A stretch of 64,000 nt of DNA from assembly GCA_044892525.1 (NCBI GenBank), contig CM097885.1, positions 29,266,001 to 29,330,000 of the forward strand. Reading direction: 5' to 3'. The stretch comes from Schmidtea polychroa. Lineage: Eukaryota. Shown piece after piece: positions 26,501 to 41,500 of the stretch. A program made the position numbers and the translations under genes. The notes beneath the pieces are model-generated. The model had not been told where the DNA came from. It searched no databases and saw nothing but the letters and a program-made list of their open reading frames with translations. The stretch's first letter is position 1. The number at the start of each line of letters is the position of its first letter.

Positions 26501-29500
26501 AAATTAAATTACAGTAAATTATGGTCAAAAATTTTGAATTACAGTAAATTATGGTCCAAAAAATTAAATTAAAGTAAATTATGGTCCTAAAAATTGAATT
26601 AAAGTAAATTATGGTTCTAAAAATTGAAATTACAGTAAATTATGGTCTAAAAATTAAATTACAGTAAATTATGGTCAAACATTTTAAATTAAAGTAAATA
26701 ATGGTCCAAAATTTTCAAATACAGTAAATTATGGGTCTAAAAATTAAATTACAGAAAATAATGGTTCTAAAAATTAAATTAAAGTAAATTATGGTTCTAA
26801 AATATTAAATTACAGTAAATTATGGTCCAGATTTTTCAATTAAAGTGAATAATGGTCCAAATTTTTAAATTAAAGTAAATTTAAGTTCTTAAAAATTAAA
26901 TTACAGTAAATAATGGTCCAAATTTTTAAATTAAGTAATCAATGGTAAAAAATTTTAAATAAGTAAATTAAAGTAAATTAAAGTAAGATTTTAAAATTTA
27001 ATTACAAAATAATAGAAGATGTTTGAGAATTGAAATTTTTTAATAGAAATTTTAATGAATTATTTTTCAATGGTAATTTTTAATGGAAATTTTTATGGAA
27101 TAATTTTTTAAGTTAATTTTTAATGGAAATTTTTAAGAAATATTTTTCAATGATAATTTTAGATGGAAATTTTTAAGATAATTTTTATTGAAAATTTTTA
27201 TGAAATATTTTTCAAAGACAAATTTTAATAATAATTCAACAACAAATCAACAACTTAGTACCAACAACCAGTAACTTACGAACATGTATTAACAACCAGT
27301 TACCTACAACTAGTTACTAACAACCAGTTACCTGATACCAGATACCTACCAACTACTTACAACCAAAATCAACCAGATACCTACAACTAGTTACTAACAA
27401 CCAATTACCTGCTACCAAGTACTTACAACTAGATACCACGTACTAAATAACTCTCAAACAACCAAGTACCTACAACAAATTACCAGATACCAAGTACCTA
27501 CAACTAGTTACTAACAACTAGTTACCTGATACTAAGTACCTACAACCACCTAACAAGTACTAACAACCAAAAACAAGCAACCAACCAGGTACCAGATACC
27601 ACCTACTAAGTACCAACAACCAACTAGCTACCAGATACCTACAACTAGATACTAACAACTAGATACCAAGTACCTACAACCACCTACCCATTAACTAGCT
27701 ACCAAGTACTAACAACTAGGTCTCAAACAACTAAATACTAACAACCAGTTACCAACTACAAAGCATTAATTACCTACAACTAGTTACTAACAACTAGATA
27801 CCAAGTACTTACAACCAACATCAACCAGGTACTAAGCATCATCAACTAACTACTAAGTACCTACAACCTACAACTAGATACTAACAACCAGTTACCTGCT
27901 ACCAAGTACTTACAACTAGTTACTAACAACCAACCAACTAGGTACTAGATACCAAGTACTTACAACCAACATCAACCAGGTACTAAGCATCATCAACTAA
28001 CTACTAAGTACCTACAACCTACAACTAGATACTAACAACCAGTTATCTGATACCAAATACTTACAACTAGATACCAAGTACTATCAACCAAAAACAACCA
28101 ACCAACTAGGTACTAGATACCAAGTACTAACAACCAACAACAACCAGGTACTAAGCATTATCAACCAACTAAATACTAAGTACTAACAACCAACCAACTA
28201 GGTACTAGATAGCAAGTACTTACAACCAACATCAACCAACTACTAAGTACTAACAACCAAAAACATGCAACCAACTATCTACCAAGTACTAACAACCAAC
28301 AACAACCAGGTACTAAGCATTAATTACCAACTACTAAGTACCTACAACCTACAACTAGATACCAAGTACTATCAACCAAAAACAACCAACCAACTAGGTA
28401 CTAGATACCAAGTACTCACAACCGACAACAACCAAGTACTAAGCATTATTAACCAACTACTAAGTACCTACAACTAGATACTAACAACCAAAAACAACCA
28501 ACCAACTAGGTACTAGATACCAAGTACTAACAACCTACAACAACTAGGTACTAAGCATTATCAACCAAGTACCTAAAACCACCTAACAAGTACATACAAC
28601 CAACATCAACCAGGTACTAAGCATTAATTACCAACTACTAAGTACCTACCAAGTACATACAACCAACATCAACCAGATACCTACAACTAGATACTAACAA
28701 CCAGTTACCAAGTACCTACAACCACCTACCCATTAACTAACTACAACCAGCTAACAGCAACCAACCAACTACCAAGTACTAACAACCAACAACCAGCTAA
28801 CAACTAACTACCAGATACCAACTACTTACAACCAACAACTAAGTACTAACAACCAGCTAACAACTAGATACCTAGTACTAAGCACTGTCAACTAGATACC
28901 AAGCACTGACAACCAGATGACCACATGAAATTATTGGTTAAATAAGTAAATTAATATTTAATTTTTAAATTAACTAATCAATGGTCTAAAATATTAAAGT
29001 TAAAGTCAATTTAAGATGAAAGTTTTCTGGGATTTTCAATGTTAATTTTAGATGTAAATCTTCGTCTATTAATCAATGACCACGTGAAATTATTAGTTAA
29101 ATATGAAAATAAGGATTATATTTAGTTGTTAAATTAAGAAATAAAGGATAAATAGGTAAATTAAGGATAAGTAAATTAAAGTTAAAAATTTTAAATAAGT
29201 AAATTAAGGTTCAAAATTTTAAATTAAAGAAAACAATGGTTTAAATTTTAAATTAAAGCTAAATGAGTAAATTAAAGTAATGTAATAAGTAAATTAAACT
29301 AAGATTTTTAAATTTATTTTCAAAAGATTGAATAACCACCAACTTTTTTGAGAAATGTAATTTTTAATGAAAATTTAAATGGAATAATAATAATAATAAT
29401 AATAATTCATCAGTTACCAACAATCGGTTACTAAATATTTTTAACTAGGTGTTGACAAATAAGTACCAAATACTTACAACTAGATACCATGTACTAACTA

Positions 29501-32500
29501 ACTCTCAAACAACCAAGTAAAAACAATCAAGTACCAACAATCAACTAAATATTCTTCATTGTATTTTATGAATTGTTTTTTAAATTAATTTTTTATCTAT
29601 CTTCAAAAATATGTTTAATTACAATCAGTAGAAAACCCTTTTCAAATTTAACAAAAATGTTGATTTTCATCAAAAAACCACAACTCAACCACTTTAAAAC
29701 ACTACGTGAAATTCAAAATAATTACAATGAAAGACAAATGAATTCTAATTTACAAAACATTCTTCTTTTAAATGATAACTACTGACATATTATTGCAATG
29801 TAAAATTCGCATTCAATAAATACTTATTGTTGATCAGTTTTATTATATATACTATGAGTTTATCCGACAGGATGTTTTGACCCCCTAAGGGTACTGGTCG
29901 TAAGGGTACTGGTCGTAAAGGTACTAGTCGTAAGGGTATTGGTAACACTCAACCACCACCTACCCATTAAGGAGTTACTATCAATCAGCTAACAACTAGA
30001 TACCATGTACTAACAACCACCATCAACCAGATACTAAGCATTATCAACCTACAACTATATAACAACAATCAGTAAACAACACTATACCAACTACCAAATA
30101 TAAGATACCAACAACATAGTATCATCAACCAGTAACTTACGAAGATGTACTAACAACCAACAACTATGTACTAACAAATTGATCTTTAAAAGCAAATACT
30201 CATCACTTGAAAAATTAGATGGAAAATTAATTGAACTCAAGGCATCAATAACTAGGTAAAATTTGATTAAATTATTGTAAAAATTTAAATTATTCAAAAT
30301 AAATATCATAAAAATTTAATTAATGGACAGGAAAAAATTCTAATCATTAATCATCCAGTAAATAAAAAAAATACTGATCATTCAAGTTGAATCAACTAAG
30401 ATAATAAATTAATAAAAGTTTTGAAATAAGATCTAGATTTAGATCGAATAAAATTAATTTTAATTATTTTTGTAAAAGTAATACATGTACTCAAATTGAT
30501 TAACTGATTTCTCAATATATTCAAAAAATCTGTATGAATTCATTACAATCATCAAAGTCAGCAATCTACAATAAAAATAATTATCATTAAATTCCAAAAG
30601 AGACTAGAAAACTAATGATAACGTCTAACAAACCAGTAAATTCATTCAAATGACAATAATTGGTATAACCTAGTGAATTCTCCAATAAAATCATCTAAAA
30701 AGCATCAAATTTTCCTGAAATATCTCTATCTTTTAAGATTAGTATCTTATCGATAAGTACTTGTTAAAGATCATATATTCACCTCAAACTAAAAAGATTC
30801 CTTAAAATCCCTTAAATGACTATATTTCTACCCTTAATCCATATTATTACAAATATTTCACTAAAATCATCTAAAAACCATCAAATTTCCCTGAAATAAC
30901 TCTATCTTTAAAGATTAGTATTTTATCGATAAATATCCTTAAAAGGTTATATATTTACCTCAGACTAATAAGATTGCTTAAAATCCCCTTTAAATGTCTA
31001 TAATTCTAACTTTAATTCATATTATCACGAATATTTCCCTATAAAACATGTAAAATAATTTGGTCATTAACTCTAAATAATTTATAAAATCTAATGATAA
31101 AACCAGTTATAATAAAATTTTTGTTAATCACTGTAAATTTTTGTAAATCACTGTACTCGAAATTTAAAATAAATATAACTGACTAGGTCCCATTGAAAGA
31201 TTAAATATATTCATTCAATTAAATAAATTTCTTCAAATGGTCAACTTTTGTCGTTGTTCGTCTAAATAAAGATGAAAATAATTTAAAGTTGATATCAATC
31301 CCAATTATCTATAAAGATTTCATTGTCAAAACTAAGTAAAACGATCATTATCCCTACTTAATAAAACATAAATCTAAATTAATTTACTGTGCATTAATCA
31401 CAATCTAATAAAACGATATAATTTCACATTATTATTGATTCATAACTGACTAATGTTAATTGACATTTCCCTTAAAACATTGATATTTTACCAACATCGT
31501 CCTTAAAAAATCATATATTCCCATCTTAACCCATCCTTCATTAAATTTAACCGACTATATCTCCCTTACAATGATATATTCCTACCTTATCCTATCTCTC
31601 ATTAAATCTAACCGAATATATCCCCCTAAAAGATCATATTTTCCCCATCTTAACCCATCTCTCAGCAAATCTAAACCGACAATATCCCATCTTAACTGAT
31701 CTCTCAGCAAATATTTCTACCCTTTTAAACATCAATCTGATTATATTCCTTAATTCTACCCACTTGAGGTTATATCCTCCTTTTATATATATCAATCCTC
31801 TTAAAATCCTTAGAGAACTTCAAAAATATGACTTAATTGTTATAGACACCAAATATTCTTCCATCGAAATAATTTAGTAGCTATGTAGTAAGAGCCCACT
31901 AACCAATCAAAATCGTGGAAGGGTAGGAAAAAATATATTACGTTGCGGTATTTTAAAAGTTAAATATATTTTAAAAACACATTTTGACGCTAAAGTCGAC
32001 TTATGTAACACACATAATAAACTCATTATTTCTTACAAATATTTACCATCAAATACCTAACTAGAGATGATATATATTGTTTGATCATAATTCTTCATCG
32101 ATTCAGCCAATCATTTTCAAGCAAACTAAATTTCAGTATATTCTACAATCATTTTCATGTAAATTTAAAGTTAACTGGTTTCTTAGCTTATGTTTTTTAA
32201 AGTTCATCAATGAGTAAATATTCTTAGAAAATTATTGAAAAAAAAAATTATTTAGTCAAATACATTACAAAGTTATCATCAAAAATCACTTAATTATTAA
32301 CCTAATTGTCAATGAAATTAATTTTTATTTAAAAACTATTCAATAAAATACAACTAATTATCAAGAAATTTATCACCATTAAAACTTTAAATCAGTCAAC
32401 ATGAAATTCTTAGAAAATTATTCAATATCCTCATAAAAATTTATCCTACCACTTGATTATTGTACAAACTCTAATTATTAACCTCATTAAAAATTAAAAA

Positions 32501-35500
32501 TACATCCAATTATCAAGAAATTAATTAAATTTATCTTAGAACTAACTTTAAATTATTAAAATATTCATTCAATAATCATGAAATCCACAAAAATAATAGA
32601 AATCCACAAAAATGATAAAAATTCATGAAAATGATAGAAATTCATAAAAAACGATAAACATTCATAAAAATTATAGCAATTCGCAAAAATAATAGGAAAT
32701 TCACGAAAATGATAGATATCCACAAAAATTACAGATATTCACAAAAATTATGGAAATTCATGAAAATGATGGAAATCCACAAAAAACGATAAAAATTCAC
32801 AAAAATGATAGAAATTTACTTGAATAAAACCATCAACTCTAAAAATTATCAACGAATGCCTTAAACATCAAATTTGTCTAAATAATCATTCAAATAAAAG
32901 CATTAAATACCTTTACGACTAATACCCTTGCGACATGTTGAATGTGAGTAGTACCCTTGTGAGCAATACCCATAGGGGGACAGAATATTTTGTCGGATAA
33001 ACTCAGAGTATATATTAATTAACTCATTCTTCATTGAATCAGTAAAATTATCATAAATTTCGATAAAAAATCTTATGTGGTAAGCAATGTAAAATGAAAA
33101 GAGAAATATTCTTTAAACTTTGATAAAATTAACAATGAAGGTGGTAAGAATCTTCATTAAAGTGAGGAAATTATTCATTACTCGATGATAAATTCAAATG
33201 GGTGAAAATAATTGGTAGAATAATTCATTAATGGATCATGAGAGGTAAATAATGAGAAGTGGCATAGATAAGATGAAGGTTGATAAGAATGGAAATATAT
33301 TATTTAAAATTATTTCATAAAATTCATATATTTAATAAAAAAAAACTTTTAAAACAAATATTTGTGGGGATGTTTTAAGTGAATAATTAATCAAAATTGG
33401 TGGAATATAAGTAGAAAATCGGGGGGTGAGGGTTATAAGTGAATAACTAATGGAGAATCGGGGGAATATAGGAGATTAAATAGTGGGATAATGAGAATCG
33501 GTGGAATATAAGTGAGAAGGATATGTAATTTAAACTATTTTATTACGTAACAAGCCGCGACTATTTTATTACATAACAAGCTGTGAATGATATTTTACCA
33601 ACATTTTACCTAGTATATAATTTTAATTTTAATTATATTTTTAAATTGTATATATTTTCAATATCATTCTATTGTTTAATACCAATAATAAGTATAAAAA
33701 GTATATAATGATTATTAAATTAATATCTTGTTAACATTTATTTGAGAATTTAAAAAACTTTACTTAAAATTAGTGAAGTATTTAATTTTGATTGTATTTT
33801 ATAAGATATATATTCGAGTATTAGCTTATTTTGATTAAATATTTAATATTATGATGATTGTTTTCTAAATTAAAATTTTTTTTTAGTGTAAAATAGTAAA
33901 TTTAATAATATATAGCTATTATTACAAGTACTTATTCAACAAAAAAACTTTTTATTTCAATTGTCTTATTCCATCAATAAGATAAAGTCTATATCTGGTA
34001 ATAGATTAATTTCTGATTTACATTATTTGAGAATTTGAAAAACTTATAAAATTTATATTTTTAAAATTTAATTTTGATTGTATATTCTAAGAATTATATT
34101 TGAATATTTAACTTATTTTGAATGAAAAGGGTAATATATATATTATTATCTTTTATGATAATTGTTTTTGAAATACATTATGCAAATTAAAACATTTTAG
34201 TAATAATTTGCTATTATTTTAGAATTTATTTTAGTCAAAAATTAAAAAAAAATGACCTATTCCATACTTCTTAATCAAATACCATTCACAGCTTGTTATG
34301 TAATAAAATAGACACGGCTTGTTATGTAATAAACTAGTTTAAATTACATATCCTTCTCACTTATATTCCACCAATTCTCAATATTCCACTAATTATTATC
34401 ACTAATATCCCCCTGATTTCCACTATTTAATCATTTGTATCCCCTCGATTTTGATTAATTATTCCCCACAAATATTTCTTTTAAGATTTTTTTATTAAAT
34501 TTATGAATTTTATGAATTAATTTTAAATAAATTCAATTAATATATTTGCATTCTTATCAACCTTCATCTTATCTATGCCACTTCTCATTATTTACCTCTC
34601 ATGATCCATTAATGAATTATTCTACCAATTATTTTCACCCATTTGAATTTATCATCGAGTAATGAATAATTTCCTCACTTTAATGAAGATTCTTACCACC
34701 TTCATTGTTAATTTTATCAAAGTTTAAAGAATATTTCTCTTTTCATTTTACATTGCTTACCACATAAGATTTTTTATCGAAATTTATGATAATTTTACTG
34801 ATTCAATGAAGAATGAGTTAATTAATATATACTCTGAGTTTATCCGACAAAATATTCTGTCCCCCTATGGGTATTGCTCACAAGGGTACTACTCACATTC
34901 AACATGTCGCAAGGGTATTAGTCGTAAAGGTATTTAATGCTTTTATTTGAATGATTATTTAGACAAATTTGATGTTTAAGGCATTCATTGATAATTTTTA
35001 GAGTTGATGGTTTTAGTAAATATTCAAGTAAATTTCTATCATTTTTGTGAATTTTTATCGTTTTTTGTGGATTTCCATCATTTTCATGAATTTCCGTAAT
35101 TTTTGTGAATATCTGTAATTTTTGTGGATATCTATCATTTTTGCGGATTTCTATTATTTTCCGTAATTTTTGTGAATATCTGTAATTTTTGTGGATATCT
35201 ATCATTTTCGTGAATTTCCTATTATTTTTGCGAATTGCTATAATTTTTATGAATTTTTATCGTTTTTTGTGAATTTCGATCATTTTCATGAATTTTTATC
35301 ATTTTTGTGGATTTCTATTATTTTTGTGGATTTCATATTTATTGAATGAATATTAAATAATTTAAAGTTAGTTCTAAGATAAATTTAATTAATTTCTTGA
35401 TAATTGGATGTATTTTTAATTTTTAATGAGGTTAATAATTAGAGTTTGTACAATAATCAAGTGGTAGGATAAATTTTTATGAGGATATTGAATAATTTTC

Positions 35501-38500
35501 TAAGAATTTCATGTTGACTGATTTAAAGTTTTAATGGTGATAAATTTCTTGATAATTAGTTGTATTTTATTGAATAGTTTTTAAATAAAAATTAATTTCA
35601 TTGACAATTAGGTTAATAATTAAGTGATTTTTGATGATAACTTTGTAATGTATTTGACTAAATAATTTTTTTTTTCAATAATTTTCTAAGAATATTTACT
35701 CATTGATGAACTTTAAAAAACATAAGCTAAGAAACCAGTTAACTTTAAATTTACATGAAAATGATTGTAGAATATACTGAAATTTAGTTTGCTTGAAAAT
35801 GATTGGCTGAATCGATGAAGAATTATGATCAAACAATATATATCATCTCTAGTTAGGTATTTGATGGTAAATATTTGTAAGAAATAATGAGTTTATTATG
35901 TGTGTTACATAAGTCGACTTTAGCGTCAAAATGTGTTTTTAAAATATATTTAACTTTTAAAATACCGCAACGTAATATATTTTTTCCTACCCTTCCACGA
36001 TTTTGATTGGTTAGTGGGCTCTTACTACATAGCTACTAAATTATTTCGATGGAAGAATATTTGGTGTCTATAACAATTAAGTCATATTTTTGAAGTTCTC
36101 TAAGGATTTTAAGAGGATTGATATATATAAAAGGAGGATATAACCTCAAGTGGGTAGAATTAAGGAATATAATCAGATTGATGTTTAAAAGGGTAGAAAT
36201 ATTTGCTGAGAGATCAGTTAAGATGGGATATTGTCGGTTTAGATTTGCTGAGAGATGGGTTAAGATGGGGAAAATATGATCTTTTAGGGGGATATATTCG
36301 GTTAGATTTAATGAGAGATAGGATAAGGTAGGAATATATCATTGTAAGGGAGATATAGTCGGTTAAATTTAATGAAGGATGGGTTAAGATGGGAATATAT
36401 GATTTTTTAAGGACGATGTTGGTAAAATATCAATGTTTTAAGGGAAATGTCAATTAACATTAGTCAGTTATGAATCAATAATAATGTGAAATTATATCGT
36501 TTTATTAGATTGTGATTAATGCACAGTAAATTAATTTAGATTTATGTTTTATTAAGTAGGGATAATGATCGTTTTACTTAGTTTTGACAATGAAATCTTT
36601 ATAGATAATTGGGATTGATATCAACTTTAAATTATTTTCATCTTTATTTAGACGAACAACGACAAAAGTTGACCATTTGAAGAAATTTATTTAATTGAAT
36701 GAATATATTTAATCTTTCAATGGGACCTAGTCAGTTATATTTATTTTAAATTTCGAGTACAGTGATTTACAAAAATTTACAGTGATTAACAAAAATTTTA
36801 TTATAACTGGTTTTATCATTAGATTTTATAAATTATTTAGAGTTAATGACCAAATTATTTTACATGTTTTATAGGGAAATATTCGTGATAATATGAATTA
36901 AAGTTAGAATTATAGACATTTAAAGGGGATTTTAAGCAATCTTATTAGTCTGAGGTAAATATATAACCTTTTAAGGATATTTATCGATAAAATACTAATC
37001 TTTAAAGATAGAGTTATTTCAGGGAAATTTGATGGTTTTTAGATGATTTTAGTGAAATATTTGTAATAATATGGATTAAGGGTAGAAATATAGTCATTTA
37101 AGGGATTTTAAGAAATCTTTTTAGTTTGAGGTGAATATATGATCTTTAACAAGTACTTATCGATAAGATACTAATCTTAAAAGATAGAGATATTTCAGGA
37201 AAATTTGATGCTTTTTAGATGATTTTATTGGAGAATTCACTAGGTTATACCAATTATTGTCATTTGAATGAATTTACTGGTTTGTTAGACGTTATCATTA
37301 GTTTTCTAGTCTCTTTTAGAATTTAATGATAATTATTTTTATTGTAGATTGCTGACTTTGATGATTGTAATGAATTCATACAGATTTTTTGAATATATTG
37401 AGAAATCAGTTAATCAATTTGAGTACATGTATTACTTTTACAAAAATAATTAAAATTAATTTTATTCGATCTAAATCTAGATCTTATTTCAAAACTTTTA
37501 TTAATTTATTATCTTAGTTGATTCAACTTGAATGATCAGTATTTTTTTTATTTACTGGATGATTAATGATTAGAATTTTTTCCTGTCCATTAATTAAATT
37601 TTTATGATATTTATTTTGAATAATTTAAATTTTTACAATAATTTAATCAAATTTTACCTAGTTATTGATGCCTTGAGTTCAATTAATTTTCCATCTAATT
37701 TTTCAAGTGATGAGTATTTGCTTTTAAAGATCAATTTGTTAGTACATAGTTGTTGGTTGTTAGTACATCTTCGTAAGTTACTGGTTGATGATACTATGTT
37801 GTTGGTATCTTATATTTGGTAGTTGGTATAGTGTTGTTTACTGATTGTTGTTATATAGTTGTAGGTTGATAATGCTTAGTATCTGGTTGATGGTGGTTGT
37901 TAGTACATGGTATCTAGTTGTTAGCTGATTGATAGTAACTCCTTAATGGGTAGGTGGTGGTTGAGTGTTACCAATACCCTTACGACTAGTACCTTTACGA
38001 CCAGTACCCTTACGACCAGTACCCTTAGGGGGTCAAAACATCCTGTCGGATAAACTCATAGTATATATAATAAAACTGATCAACAATAAGTATTTATTGA
38101 ATGCGAATTTTACATTGCAATAATATGTCAGTAGTTATCATTTAAAAGAAGAATGTTTTGTAAATTAGAATTCATTTGTCTTTCATTGTAATTATTTTGA
38201 ATTTCACGTAGTGTTTTAAAGTGGTTGAGTTGTGGTTTTTTGATGAAAATCAACATTTTTGTTAAATTTGAAAAGGGTTTTCTACTGATTGTAATTAAAC
38301 ATATTTTTGAAGATAGATAAAACATTAATTTAAAAAACAATTCATAAAATACAATGAAGAATATTTAGTTGATTGTTGGTACTTGATTGTTTTTACTTGG
38401 TTGTTTGAGAGTTAGTTAGTACATGGTATCTAGTTGTAAGTATTTGGTACTTATTTGTCAACACCTAGTTAAAAATATTTAGTAACCGATTGTTGGTAAC

Positions 38501-41500
38501 TGATGAATTATTATTATTATTATTATTATTCCATTTAAATTTTCATTAAAAATTACATTTCTCAAAATAGTTGGTGGTTATTCAATCTTTTGAAAATAAA
38601 TTTAAAAATCTTAGTTTAATTTACTTATTACATTACTTTAATTTACTCATTTAGCTTTAATTTAAAATTTAAACCATTGTTTTCTTTAATTTAAAATTTT
38701 GAACCTTAATTTACTTATTTAAAATTTTTAACTTTAATTTACTTATCCTTAATTTACCTATTTATCCTTTATTTCTTAATTTAACAACTAAATATAATCC
38801 TTATTTTCATATTTAACTAATAATTTCACGTGGTCATTGATTAATAGACGAAGATTTACATCTAAAATTAACATTGAAAATCCCAGAAAACTTTCATCTT
38901 AAATTGACTTTAACTTTAATATTTTAGACCATTGATTAGTTAATTTAAAAATTAAATATTAATTTACTTATTTAACCAATAATTTCATGTGGTCATCTGG
39001 TTGTCAGTGCTTGGTATCTAGTTGACAGTGCTTAGTACTAGGTATCTAGTTGTTAGCTGGTTGTTAGTACTTAGTTGTTGGTTGTAAGTAGTTGGTATCT
39101 GGTAGTTAGTTGTTAGCTGGTTGTTGGTTGTTAGTACTTGGTAGTTGGTTGGTTGCTGTTAGCTGGTTGTAGTTAGTTAATGGGTAGGTGGTTGTAGGTA
39201 CTTGGTAACTGGTTGTTAGTATCTAGTTGTAGGTATCTGGTTGATGTTGGTTGTATGTACTTGGTAGGTACTTAGTAGTTGGTAATTAATGCTTAGTACC
39301 TGGTTGATGTTGGTTGTATGTACTTGTTAGGTGGTTTTAGGTACTTGGTTGATAATGCTTAGTACCTAGTTGTTGTAGGTTGTTAGTACTTGGTATCTAG
39401 TACCTAGTTGGTTGGTTGTTTTTGGTTGTTAGTATCTAGTTGTAGGTACTTAGTAGTTGGTTAATAATGCTTAGTACTTGGTTGTTGTCGGTTGTGAGTA
39501 CTTGGTATCTAGTACCTAGTTGGTTGGTTGTTTTTGGTTGATAGTACTTGGTATCTAGTTGTAGGTTGTAGGTACTTAGTAGTTGGTAATTAATGCTTAG
39601 TACCTGGTTGTTGTTGGTTGTTAGTACTTGGTAGATAGTTGGTTGCATGTTTTTGGTTGTTAGTACTTAGTAGTTGGTTGATGTTGGTTGTAAGTACTTG
39701 CTATCTAGTACCTAGTTGGTTGGTTGTTAGTACTTAGTATTTAGTTGGTTGATAATGCTTAGTACCTGGTTGTTGTTGGTTGTTAGTACTTGGTATCTAG
39801 TACCTAGTTGGTTGGTTGTTTTTGGTTGATAGTACTTGGTATCTAGTTGTAAGTATTTGGTATCAGATAACTGGTTGTTAGTATCTAGTTGTAGGTTGTA
39901 GGTACTTAGTAGTTAGTTGATGATGCTTAGTACCTGGTTGATGTTGGTTGTAAGTACTTGGTATCTAGTTGTTAGTAACTAGTTGTAGGTAATTAATGCT
40001 TAGTAGTTGGTAACTGGTTGTTAGTATTTAGTTGTTTGAGACCTAGTTGTTAGTACTTGGTAGCTAGTTAATGGGTAGGTGGTTGTAGGTACTTGGTATC
40101 TAGTTGTTAGTATCTAGTTGTAGGTATCTGGTAGCTAGTTGGTTGTTGGTACTTAGTAGGTGGTATCTGGTACCTGGTTGGTTGCTTGTTTTTGGTTGTT
40201 AGTACTTGTTAGGTGGTTGTAGGTACTTAGTATCAGGTAACTAGTTGTTAGTAACTAGTTGTAGGTACTTGGTATCTGGTAATTTGTTGTAGGTACTTGG
40301 TTGTTTGAGAGTTATTTAGTACGTTGTATCTAGTTGTAAGTACTTGGTAGCAGGTAATTGGTTGTTAGTAACTAGTTGTAGGTATCTGGTTGATTTTGGT
40401 TGTAAGTAGTTGGTAGGTATCTGGTATCAGGTAACTGGTTGTTAGTAACTAGTTGTAGGTAACTGGTTGTTAATACATGTTCGTAAGTTACTGGTTGTTG
40501 GTACTAAGTTGTTGATTTGTTGTTGAATTATTATTAAAATTTGTTTTTGAAAAATATTTCATAAAAATTTTCAATAAAAATTATCTTAAAAATTTCCATC
40601 TAAAATTATCATTGAAAAATATTTCTTAAAAATTTCCATTAAAAATTAACTTAAAAAATTATTCCATAAAAATTTCCATTAAAAATTACCATTGAAAAAT
40701 AATTCATTAAAATTTCTATTAAAAAATTTCAATTCTCAAACACCTTCTATTATTTTGTAATTAAATTTTAAAATCTTACTTTAATTTACTTTAATTTACT
40801 TATTTAAAATTTTTTACCATTGATTACTTAATTTAAAAATTTGGACTATTATTTACTGTAATTTAATTTTTAAGAACTTAAATTTACTTTAATTTAAAAA
40901 TCTGGACCATAATTTACTGTAATTTAATATTTTAGAACCATAATTTACTTTAATTTAATTTTTAGAACCATTATTTACTGTAATTTAATTTTTAGACCCA
41001 TAATTTACTGTATTTGAAAATTTTGGACCATTATTTACTTTAATTTAAAATGTTTGACCATAATTTACTGTAATTTAATTTTTAGACCATAATTTACTGT
41101 AATTTCAATTTTTAGAACCATAATTTACTTTAATTCAATTTTTAGGACCATAATTTACTTTAATTTAATTTTTTGGACCATAATTTACTGTAATTTAAAA
41201 TGTTTGACCATAATTTACTGTAATTTAATTTTTAGACCATAATTTACTGTAATTTCAATTTTTAGAACCATAATTTACTTTATTCAATTTTTAGGACCAT
41301 AATTTACTTTAATTTAATTTTTTGGACCATAATTTACTGTAATTCAAAAATTTTGACCATAATTTACTGTAATTTAATTTTTAAGAACCATTAATTACTG
41401 TAATTCAAAAATTTGAGCCATAATTTACTATAATTTAATTTTTAGAACCATAATTTACTTTAATTTTAATATTTGGACCATTATTTACTTTAATTGAAAA

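Larger units (their letters stand above)
25495..33592 (+). repeat. Left arm of the giant inverted repeat
   Basis: Reverse complement of 34278-42596; near-identical to ~33290, diverged from ~33290 to ~33592. Confidence 0.93.

Noticed and set aside
25615..26990. CRISPR-like appearance of regular repeats
   Set aside because: Units are tandem or reshuffled with no unique spacers, no cas genes, and the context is eukaryotic
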